From NCBI GenBank assembly GCA_002633005.1, contig NMRA01000314.1:220898-284897 (forward strand): 64,000 nucleotides of DNA, read 5' to 3'. The notes under the pieces are model-generated. The model ran no database searches and was not told the DNA's origin. It was given only the letters and a program-made list of their open reading frames with translations. The position numbers and the translations under genes were made by a program. Shown piece after piece: positions 35,579-47,477 of the stretch (positions are counted from its first letter, which is position 1; each line of letters begins with the position of its first letter). Origin of the DNA: Phoronis australis. Lineage: Eukaryota > Animalia > Phoronida.

Positions 35579-38500
35579 ATGGGATTTGAGGTGAATCGTT
35601 TCCAAGGTGATGTTGACGAAGAGTTACTCTGCCCCATCTGTAGTGGTGTATTTGAAGAACCAGTCCAGGTACTGTGCTGTTTAGTTTCAGTTTTCCTAAT
35701 TTTTTGTCAAGTGTGGAAGCTATTCCTTAGCCATATTTCTAAATTCCACTGACAACAAATTGGTCAAGAGGTTTGTGGCTGGAATTTAGAGGTGCGTCCA
35801 TGTAATCTGTTTCCACCCCCTGGGTTGGCTTTAGCAGTTGATCGCATTTGCCTATGCAGTTGTGATTTGTTTTACAGTAATTGTTTTTTAGCATTCTAAG
35901 TGTTTTGCTGTTTGTGCTGTTTTCTTTTTGTCAATGCCCATGATGGCATGAGCGTCCCCTATCAATTCCCACATACTGCATGCATTTCTTCCTCATTTGC
36001 TGAGTTAGAAGATCGCATTCATTGATTAACCTTGTTTTTGAAATTGAGGGCAGCTAACCCACTTGTGACTTGAGCCAGACTGGTTTTTCAAATTTTTGAC
36101 ATCTGCATTACAACTCACATGAGAGAAGGCATTGTGGCCTAGTGTGGTAGGCGCCCGCTTTCTTTACTCGAGGTTGTGGGTTTGAGTTTCGCTGAGCCAC
36201 ACTGCTACACCCTTGAGTCAGGTTTCTAGCTCCTCAGTTTGGTTTTAACTATATATTAAAACATAAAAATGATTTCAGGTGATCAGTGCAATGGGCCCAC
36301 ATGCGTGGCCTGCGCACGTCTGGTACAACGTGTACCAGACTACCTGCAATTATTTTTTATACAACTCTAATGTCATTAGCATCCTTGTTACATCACAGCC
36401 TACAACTAAATGTATTGCAGGCAATAGCATCCTTGTTATATCACAGCATACAACTAAATGTATTGAAGGCATTAGCATCCTGGTTACATCCACAGGCGTC
36501 CTCAGCTTCTGATCGTCCCCAATACAGTAAACTAGTGTATTGGGGACGATCAGAAGCTGAGGACGCCTGTGGTTACATCAGTGTATACAACTAAATGTAT
36601 TGCAGGCTCCTCAGTGTGAGCATGCCTTCTGCAAGGAGTGTATCCATGAGTGGTTGACACGACAACCCACGTGCCCAGTTGATCGCCAGACAATCACACC
36701 CAACCAGTTAAAGCCAGTCCCTCGCATCCTCCGCAACCTATTGTGTCGTCTCTACCTGGCCTGCGATAACGCCTCCTATGGGTGTACAGCCATCATCAAG
36801 TTAGATCTTTTACCACAACATTTACAGGTAAGTGAAGATTAATAGATTAATAGTGGGCGACCAGTGGGAACGCCGCCTAACCACATAGGTTTAGGCAAAG
36901 AATCTTGTGTCACTATGAAAAATGGCGGTGACCACATGGAAGCTGTCATTGCAGTTTTGCTAGGTTAACAAAAGCATTACTACATATACTTCCAAAATTC
37001 CCTCAAACGGGGAAAATTAATCCTCCTTTGTGACAGTGGGCCTGTAGAAGGTCTCAAAGCAATGCATCAAACTTTTTGTTGCAGTTTGTCATAAATTTCA
37101 AACATGGCATTTGTAAGAGCCCTGTAACCTTCAGTAACTATTTTGAGCAGATTGAAAAATGGCTGTCCGATAGTTGAAAGTTCTTCTCGCTTCGATTTTT
37201 CCTTTCAAAGTTTCAGTCACAGCATAAAACGTTTGTCGTCGCCAGCCACCTAAAACATTTGTATGCATTGGTTCGCGTTAAAAGCAACCTAATCAGACAT
37301 TGTTGAAATTGTTTTTTTGTGAAAAATTGATCATCATGATCAACATGACTAGATAGCCATATATTTGAGTCCAGCACCTTAACCACTACACCACGGAGTC
37401 ATCCATTTACTTAGAGGGCATTTTATTATACTTAAACCTTCCTAAGTAGACTGAGCCAGGTGTCACTTGGTTGTTTGCGTGGCTGACTGAAAAGTCATGA
37501 AAATATTGCATCAGCAGCTTTTTCTGATGAATTTTGTAAACTGCCATGTCTATTTTCAGACTCTGTTGATGCAAAATACATTGCCTGATACTTGAGAAAT
37601 ATGACAAACGCCAAAATCGCCAATGTCCTAATCTTAGCAACCAAGAAAATTCAATTTTGTCTTGAATTTTGGTGTCCCAACTTTTAGAGACTGTCGCAAA
37701 TTGGAGAACTTTTTTCTGTAAGCAATGCGACAATCTGGACTGTTGTGTTATAGGAGTGTGAACACAACCCCAAAAAGCCAGTGATGTGCGACCAAGGCTG
37801 TGGAATGGTCATTCCCAAGGATGAGTTCAAGGTAATTATTGTGATGCTTGTTGTAGTCTTGATTCTGTAGGATTAAATTACAACAAAATTACCTAAAGGA
37901 ATGACAATATCCGATTGTTTTGTCCAACTGTGTTATGGGTAGTGAAACAAAAAAGCTGTAATGCAGAAGTTTCAAGTAGACAATAGCGCCATCTCTTTTA
38001 CAAACAAGAAACAAAATAACTAGAAAAAAGAGAATCTTCATTAATCTTCTGAACAGCATTAATTTTGACAATTGACAGTTGTTACGGGAACAAATGTGAT
38101 GATCAGTATTCTTTGTCAATAACATCGATAACATCCTTGTTTACTGTATGCTAGAGTACATCAAAGAAGAAATACACAAACGTGTTATTGTTATCACCTG
38201 TCTGTCTGTGCTCGATAATCAGTCCATCGCAGGACCACAAACGTGTGCTTGAACAAGTTTTTCAACTAGGTCTTTGTAATTTGGCCATAGTTTTACTGTA
38301 TTTTTGGCAACGTACCTAGCTAGTATCTCCCAAATATTGAGTAAGCTTTGCATTGCAGGACCACAACTGTGTGCGTGAACTTCGCCAGCTTGTTCAACAA
38401 CAACAGTGTAAGATGGCGGAGATGCAGGCCGAACTCTGCGATCACAAGTTGGCACTCAACGAACAGAAACGAGAAATACAATTACTCAAGGTAAGGATGG

Positions 38501-41037
38501 GCCAAAAGATTATCCTCTTTCCCATTTGTTTTCGTCAGTTATGGCTGGCTAGGTATCAAGGACAACGAAAGAAAAACAACGTCCTGATATCATAAGTCAT
38601 GGATTCTGTGGGCACAAGCCCGAGTCCCTTGAAAGCAGTTTTAGAGGACCTGTACAAGTTCCTTGAATAGGAGATTAGGTCTGTGTGATGCTACTTGCAC
38701 ACTTCGCTTTCTCTTTAATCTTCAGAATTAGTTTTGCGGTTCGATGGGTATGTGGATTTTTGCAGGGTTGTAAGGTAGTGTCACTTTAAGCTGTGTCGGT
38801 ATTTGCAGTTAGAAATGGAACGTAAGCCTTTGTTATTGATAACACTGTGGATGGTGACTTGGTAATCGTTTGCCCCAGTTGTTGATCTACGAAGGTCTTT
38901 GTGTTCTTTTACATTACCGGGGTTTGGTTGGAGGCGAAGTCGACTATTGACCTGGACAAGTCATTCTAAGCAGCTTATATTGTCAGCTGCGAGGAGAAAA
39001 GGGGAATTGTCTGTCTTAGAACCGTAGACAAGTCTTTGTCTTTTATTAACTGTCTGGTGTAATTGTAATATCTTTTGATGTATAGGAATGGATGAGAGCC
39101 ATGAGAAATCAAAGTCCTCGTGTGAGGGAGATACAGACTGAGATGGAGAATGGAGACGTGGTTAGGTAGGACGGGAAATGTGGGGCTGGTGGGTGATATC
39201 AGTAGCGTGGGTGCCGTGACTTGGAAAAGATTGGGCAAGTGGGTGATTTGTGTTTGGGACGAGTGCTGGGATATAGGAAGGACTGGGAACTGGGTTATAC
39301 GTGTTGGACAAGAGATGAGATGTGGGACACTTTGAGTGGTTATGTGGGATTGACTTTAGGTTAAAGGGTCGGAAATATGGACGGTATGTGTGAGTGGAGG
39401 TCAGATGGTTGTGTGGGAAATATGTGGGAACTAGCTGATATCCTTGTTGTAAGCAAGGCTGCTGAGTTGTGTGTGACTTGGTGCTTGATCTAGGGATCAC
39501 TTTTGATCTTGTGATCTTTTTTTGTTGTTGTTGGTGTCAGAGCGTTCAAGTGTGACTACTCTGTTTATATCACTTCATCTCCACGGTAACCACTCATTAA
39601 AGCTGCTACAAATGTCGTTCTGGTGTCAAAGATAACTTTCTTGACAGACGTACTTTGCTCTTTCAAAGCAACGTAAATGTTTTCTTATCCCTTGCTTGAA
39701 TTGAAATTAGTTGCGACAAACAGCGTAACTTCTTATGACGGCCATACTATTTCATTGTTTGATATAAGCTAACATGACAGTCAACGCCACTGAGGCTGGT
39801 CAGAAGCAGTAATAAACTGACATCTGTTGTTGAGCCAGTAAGTTATTTCTAATCTGAATAATGAACTAGGTTAGACCAGTCGATAACTTAAACCATTTTT
39901 TACAACTTGAGTGTGTTTATTGCCTGTTTGGTTGAGTATCAGCTTTACAGCCTGTCTGTGTCAGACATTGGAGATTAATGATTATCAGTGCTAAGTCAGT
40001 CGCCTAATGGTTACTAACCTTCCCCTGCTGCCATCTTTAGGTGGGTGTCGTCACTACAACCGGCCCGTGTTACACGTTGGGGAGGCATGATCTCCACACC
40101 TGATGCTGTACTACAGGCAGTTATCAAGAGGTCACTTATTGACAGTGGCTGTCCTGGACATATTGTCAATGAACTGATGGAGAACGCGCATGAAAGACGT
40201 TGGCCTCCCGGTCTAAGTACGCTGGAGACACGCCAGCTCAACAGGAGGCAGTATGAGAACTACGTGACTAAGAGAATTCCGGGTAAGTCACATGACAGTT
40301 GTGGTCAGCGACACTTGGTGGCAGTGGTGACACTCGTGTAAGATTAGTCTTAATTTTCCACCATGTTCCCTTTACTAAAGTTTTCCTCTGTTCACACCTA
40401 TTGACAAATCATATAATCAGAACTTGGATTTTGTAGCGCATGTGCAAGTTTGTTATTCACTCTTATGGCAAAGTGATGCTGATAAATTACTCTTGGATTT
40501 TCTGTTTGTGTTATGTATTGCTATTCAACTGTTCCCACATGGAAAACAGCCTGATAGTTTTACAATTTTGAGTGTGCTTCACTTCAGTATTTCCCAAATT
40601 TTCAAAGATTTCGAGGTTATGATAACATTTCCTCAGTTTAGAACATAAATGGGGGAATAATGAAATTTTATTTTATTGAAAGTTTCAAGATGGTAAAACA
40701 AGGAGAAAACTTGCTTGTTCTGGATTGTGCGACTATCAGCGACGTTGTTAACAATATCAATTTTGGCAATTATCCTTGTTAGGCACTGCCACAAAAACTC
40801 CCCTTATTGGTACTCAACCAATTTGCTTGCAAGTGGCATTTGGATTTGCATTCATGTTAGTGCAGGCATGCGCGTTTTAGTGAGGGCCTGGTGTTGAATG
40901 AGATGTTGTTATGGTATTCATTTTGTGTTACAGGCAAGCAGGCTGTTGTGGTGATGGCCTGTGAGAACCAGCACATGGCTGATGAACTGCTTGTGGAACC
41001 AGGCCTTGTTATGATATTCGCACACGGAGTCGAGTAG
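35579..41037 (+). CDS. RNF41: E3 ubiquitin ligase RNF41/NRDP1; exons 35579-35668, 36606-36827, 37754-37831, 38359-38490, 39086-39165, 40041-40282, 40934-41037
   Basis: MGFEVNRFQGDVDEELLCPICSGVFEEPVQ|APQCEHAFC..CPVDR (RING), a TRAF-type Zn finger, a coiled coil, and the USP8-binding domain ARVTRWGGMISTPD..NAHERRWPPGLSTLETR..PGLVMIFAHGVE*. All junctions are GT-AG and in phase. Confidence 0.96.
36130..36240 (+). mobile_element. Degenerate tRNA-derived SINE head
   Basis: tgTGGCCTAGTGTGGtag (A box) ... gtgGGTTTGAGTTtc (B-box-like), followed by acccttgagtcagg. Confidence 0.45.
36491..36571. mobile_element. 81-bp perfect hairpin MITE with 8-bp TSD (gttacatc)
   Basis: 36-bp perfect inverted arms (cacaggcgtcctcagcttctgatcgtccccaataca) and a 9-nt loop. 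TSD at 36483-36490 and 36572-36579. Confidence 0.9.
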
Positions 41038-41756
41038 GCGGGTCCACCTGGTGGTCATGTGAAGAGTGAAGTGCAGGTATCACTGTGGTAACTCTCACTT
41101 GTATACGTCGTGTTCACGCGATTGAGATTACGGAGGAATACAATGCAATTTCATGTTTATGATGAAAGTTGTTTCATTCAGTGAATGATATACTCTCGTC
41201 ATTTTGAAGCACGTCGAAAAAAGTTTATTTTTACAAAGAAATTGTGTTTTGAAAAAGGCTTTAATGGTTTTCTGTTGCAATGTGTCATCCTGGCACCTGC
41301 AGTACTTTCTATGGCAGATAGTTGTGGTGTAATGAAGCCTTTTTAATGTCACAATGTAAGTCCTAAATGCTCACAAACTGACAGCAGCTCACATACACGT
41401 TGTCAGACAGTGATTACTCTGTCACAGTTAAATAAATCTACGGTTGCCAGTGTTGTTCTTGATTGAAATTAGTGTTCTTGGGGACTTAATAAATTAATGT
41501 CTGTAGATAACTGTTATGTAATTAATGAAGCATGCTGTTTTTTGCTGTTTCAGTATTGGCTGTTGTTTGTACCAAGAACTGTGATAAAGATTGCATTGAA
41601 GACTCATGCCAAACCATGTGTGTAATATCCACACCAAATCTCATGGCGACTCCAGTACACAAGGACATATGGACGTTTACTGTGTACTGAGCAACCTTAT
41701 TCGAATAGGAATAGTTTTCAGTTGGTGCTATTTACCTCGTACAACACAACTTCTAC

Positions 41757-41783
41757 GATGATGATGATGATGATGATGATGAT
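41757..41783. repeat. (GAT)n microsatellite
   Basis: Direct reading. Confidence 0.9.
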
Positions 41784-44700
41784 GAGGCTGTGTCGTTGTC
41801 ATAGCGATACAATTGTCACATTTACATCTGTTATCCTTTGTTGCGATATTATTTAGGTTTCAACATTTACACCATTCCTGTGTTGGGGTATTGTTCAACA
41901 AGCATCAACACAATTAGTTAAACAGACGAACACCAGGTGGCTGCAGTGAGCCAGACACCATTTTATCAAAAATCCTACACCCCCGCAATTACCAGCGTAT
42001 CTTAGATTTTTACTGTGACCCAAATTCACAAAAATTCTGAAGTTGGTCATTTGTTCAGTGCAGACTGCTTACTGTAGAACTGGTGTTACTTTAATTAATA
42101 TCTAATGTTTGATTCAAATTTGAAAACTCCTTAAAACGTTTGCTAAACCAAGCATGTGTGACTAACACTTTTGGAGAGTAACACGACCACCCACCGTGAA
42201 CGAACAGCATATTAGCAGGGGAGACAATGAAGATTGGTTTACATCACAAAAACAGGGTTCACTATCCTTTTGAGAAGACAGTTGTGTCTTGTCGGCCTTT
42301 TTACAGGTTGATTGGGAAGTTGACTGCGGCACTATAAGTAGTGAAACGTCTGGTTCAGTTATCATTATTCATTGACCAGTTGGCACTTTCAATGTTGCTG
42401 GCTGGATTAACAACAGGAGACTGACAACCAGGTCGTGTGTATGTGTGTTTTGAGTAGCGTATTCCAGTTAAATCTAGGAGTTATGTAGGTGCTAGCGGTG
42501 CGGGTAAAATTTATATATGTTCCCGTGACTGCTTTCTGGGCGTACACTGTCTAAATGGATATCCGTTGTCATGTTTCACAAATGAAATGACTAATGAAAG
42601 GACTTGAACATGGATGATAGATGTAAAGTTGACAAACAATGTTCTTAGTGGCTGTGTTGACTACGTTAATCAAAGGGAACATGCTTTTTATGGTGAATTG
42701 CCTGTGACATATAATGTATTCTAATGAGTGAGAGCCTGAAGCTGTGTTCAGATGGTCGGTTCACACGGTTTTAATTCCCCTGGGACATTTTGCCCCCCTG
42801 AACCGCTGAATGTTTGCACAACAAACCTGCCTCAAAGTGCCGATGATTTGAAATGTCTGCTTGTGTAGTGAGATTATTTGTGCTAGTTTGATTTAAGATG
42901 TGCAAGGGCATGGCTGAGTATAAGCCCACCTCAACTCAATTAACTCAACTTAATTAAACCAACCTGTTCTCTTTCTTGCATCCTGCTGTTTGGTGGGCTA
43001 GGCTCAAGCTGTCTCAAAAAACAACTACCAACTTATGTGAAGCACAATCCACACATTTGTAGAAGCCTACCCCTGGACCTAAACAGTACTTGTTTGTAGA
43101 AGCCCCTGGGACTAAGCAATACTTGCTTGTAGAAGCCCTTGGGACTAAGCAGTACTTGTTTGTGAAAGCTTCTGCCCCTGCCATGTGCATGACCACACCT
43201 TGGTTTTTGGAGCTCCGAATCAACACCAACAGATACCATATACAGTTGTGCTAGTGTAAATAGGTTGATGTCTCCGCTGCCACTGTGGAGTTGTTAGCCC
43301 CATGGTGCCTCCTGGTGTGTTTTGTCTGAATCACATTCATGAACAAGCAGCTGCCTGTACGATAATTGTGTTACAGTAGGAGTGTGTGTACTTGACTACT
43401 GTATACACTAGTCTGAATGGGCTTTTGGTAGTCCTTTTAAAAATATGGCCTGAACTCCAGTAATTATGTTACTTGTAATGTCCCTCATTAAACCTTTGTC
43501 ATTCCATTTCGTCTTTTGCACAATGATGTTATGGCCTAAAACTGATATGTGCTTTCATTTTTTGGTGAGTTTCGATATCCAGTTAGATCCGTCTTGAGTG
43601 TCAGTCTGTTTCAGTTTTGCAAGATACCACAACCTTTCTAGGTCAGAGGTAATTGTTTTATGAAATGTGGCTGGGTTAACACTTACTATTGATATGAATT
43701 TAAATTCATTAAATGTGTAGAAAGACCATGTTAAGACTGTATCGGTTGTATTTCTCCATTTAGCTGGCTAAAAAATGAAATGTTGAATGATTCTTGACTG
43801 CAGCACTTTCGGTTTAGCTCCCTCATCGGATCTTGAATTGTTGCCAGGAAACGTGTACATGTAGCAATATTTAAATTCCCAATTTTAAGGTAGGTCAATC
43901 CCAATGAACTTCGAAGGATGATCTCGAGTCGTAAGATGGCGTACAAGGTCAAATTCGATTTTTGTTTCGTAGCCAGTTTAACAGGGCGAACTGCAGCTTT
44001 AATGGTCTGCCGTAAACTTATTGTTTTGTTGTAAATGTTTATTATAATAAAAAGGTAGAGTTTCTCATACAAATTTACTTTGGCATTGCATCAGCACACA
44101 CAATGGGCTGGTGTATGTGTTTTTCATATCTACGCGGGTAATTTTGGTTGATTATAGGTCGTCAGTTTTTTACATGAATTCATGTGAAGGGTATGATGTG
44201 ATTTTTCCCAAAAGGTTTTTCAACAATCTTGAAAATTTATGTCAACTGACTCATCATATGGCAGTGACAAAATATCAAGTGGTTAACCAGGACTGATCAT
44301 CAGACTGAACCGTGATGTCACCTCAACTTGCATCGCTATCAATCATTCTTTACTTTTACTAAGTTCAGATTAAACTGTCGACTCTTTCTGCAACTTTTGG
44401 AAGATTGATCTAAAAACACACAGAATTTAAGCCTGAATGAGATTTAACTCGAGGGCCTTTTCAAACCATGGCAGATCAGATATTACAACAGAAAACAGAA
44501 CAATTGGACAGGTTAATAAGGAGGCCTTGCATCATTTTCTCAATACACATAAGCACTTTCATTTGTTTTGATACGCATAGTTAGGGGCAGAATAGAGGTA
44601 AAAATTGTCAACAATAGTTGGAAATTGATCTATCACCAGGATTTTTTGTGACGGCTGAACTGACCACTCAGAACTCATCATTCTAGACACCTTTGTTTCC

Positions 44701-47477
44701 AAGCCGCCATTTTACCCAACAAACAACATGTTTCCAGGTAAAACTTGTTTGTTAGTAGACATTACATAAGGGGCGGAGCTTGCGATTGGTGAATTGCCAG
44801 GAAGATGCTAGCTTGTCACAGCCAGCTTTAATAGGTGGAGTTCAGACTGCAATAACATCGCAAGAGGAATTGAGCTCAACTCAAAGGAGATGCAATCGCA
44901 CAGAAATCTGGACTGTAGCTATGTTGTCTTTGAAATGCCAAGTCAAGTTATGGTGTAAAAATCAACAAGACAAAATGAATATAGACGAGAAATTCATTAT
45001 ATTTGAAATAAGATGAAACTTGACACAGATTGCACACTCAAGCTAAAGTTGACATAATATGACATATTAAACAAGTTCCATTTGAGAGTCGTTGCAGAGA
45101 GCAGTTGGTGAGAAAGGAACAACATGACCACACAATCATGTAAAGGTTAAGTACAACTGACTTCATAAAAATATACTGGAGTAGAAATAAAAGTACTGGA
45201 TAGTTTGAGAACGGGTATCTGTTTCATGATAAGTGACTTCGGATTTGAAACAGATATTTAGTCTTGTGATCACAATAGCGCATAACAGTCCAGAAATAAT
45301 TTATAGAAATTATCTCAGTAACTACCAGTTGCGTGTACATTCTCAGAGACTTGGTATTTTTGCTCAAACGAGATTTAATATTTTTCAGTTATATCGAGTG
45401 TAAGACCAATTTCTAACTAAAGACGAGTCACTTTTCATGAAAGAGACACCAGATCTTGAAATGGTGTACTTTGCTAGATAGGGTTCCACTCCGCACCAAC
45501 TTCAGCTGGAGCACTCAACAAATGGAAATGGCAAATAGTTAAATAACATGATCAAAATATCCTGGCACATGCATTTGATTGACACATGTCGCCACGGTAA
45601 CACATTCACTCGTGTATGAGCGGACAATTTATATATACACACAAGAATAAAACAATAAGTTACTACCAAAGTGCCATACCAATCATTTGGCTGAGGCACA
45701 AAGTCGCTAACATTGTGTGATTTCCCAAAAGAGCAAAAACAGCCAACGTGTCTTGCCAAGATGCTGTTTAATCAACTCATTCAAAGGGGGTGCAAAACAC
45801 CCACTGGCACATACCAGCACAAGAACTGCTGTTAAACAAAAAGCCAACCGGGCTTCAAACACGCCAAGATAAAAAAATTCCAATTGAGCGGTGCATGCCA
45901 ACTAACTTTCCAGTTAACAAGACATGACGAAAGGGAAGTTCAGAGACAGCGGGTAACTGAAAACACCAGACTATCACCAGACACAGGTGGAAACACTGAA
46001 CACAAGATGGCACCACTAAACAGATATGCTAAGTGGAAACAGTGATGAAAACACCTTACAAACACTGTACTATGACTGGATAAGACATACACAGCTGTAC
46101 AAGACAGGTGTGTACAACACTATGGGCAACGTGTCTACTGGTAACCTTGACAACACCAACTGTACACGTATTTACAGTTTACACCCACATATCCAGTTTC
46201 AAAGGGACCACACATTTACAGGTAAATCTGATTAAGAGGTAAGCGGGTTCACAATCACATTGTCATCATTTGAAACTATTTTTGGTGTTTGTTTAAGACA
46301 TCGCACATGTCTGGCCCCATGGCCACAAAATCAGTGTCTCCCTAACGTGAGGTTATCTCGTCTTTGCTTCTACTTGTACCCGAGTCAAGCCACCAAGTGA
46401 ACATGACTGTAAGTTTTCCCTGCTTTACAATAAATACAACAGCTGCTAGGAGATTCCTTTTGTTTCTTAGTTACACTAACTTTAAATTCAGGTCAAATTT
46501 TTGTAAAATACATCCAAGAATGCATACATCCCAGAATACATACATCCAAGAATGTGTACATCCAAGATTGCATACATCCCAAAACTTTTTATCAAATATT
46601 CTCCAGTTTAGGGCAGAGGGAATTAATTATTTTGCTCAAGGTCAGAGCTTGTACCAAATTCTAGAAATGGAAATATTGGCCAACCCAAGAATCACTAAAA
46701 AGACAACAAAATTACTCACTCTGTAGATAGAAAGCACAGTGTCGGAACTTTCGGAACGCCAAGATCGTCCTTGTCCCAAATTCCAGAATGAATAAAATTA
46801 ATTTTTGAGGGAGTTTCCTTGTCGATCCAAAATTCTACAGACTGTCCCAAACTGGAGAATTTTCACCATAGTCATCCAAACAGCAAAGCTGGTTAATGTC
46901 AAATATTAACAACACCATTATTTCATTATTGCACGGAAAACAATTGGGTCTGAACAGAGTTACCTTAGTTTCACCGACACTCCACGCAGACTTTAACTTT
47001 ACTAAGGATCTCATTTTTGCTGACCCACATGGCAACTACTCTGCGTCTGTGCAGTTTTACCTCATGGCAAGTGTCAAGTCAAAACCACACTTGAGTAGTA
47101 AGAGTTAGCAAGAAGCTACGGGACATAACTGACAGTGTTGCTTGGCTACCACTCACGGTTTACGAGAGTTTATGACAGGTATTCGTCCTGAAACTCAACC
47201 AGTTTATCACTAGGCTCACAGCATGATCCTCTGAATACGTAACATGGCCTTCATGAATTCATCTCATTTCATGCCTTATTTGAGTGACCAATACACACCC
47301 AGCACATGCTACAATGCAGCATTTTGTACAACTAAACACACAAAGTGAACATTCAGTGAACTCTCTGCAGACACTGGCTCCCTTGTCAGCATTCCAGGTG
47401 ACGGTATCTTGATTGGTTGTTAGTATGCTGATTGGCAGGTGGGAGTGGTTGAACTCAATGACCTTAAGCAGGGTTGA

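Noticed and set aside
41035-41095. Stop-codon readthrough extension of RNF41
   Set aside because: The TAG-G context is not a readthrough signal, and the protein already ends at the conserved C-terminus.
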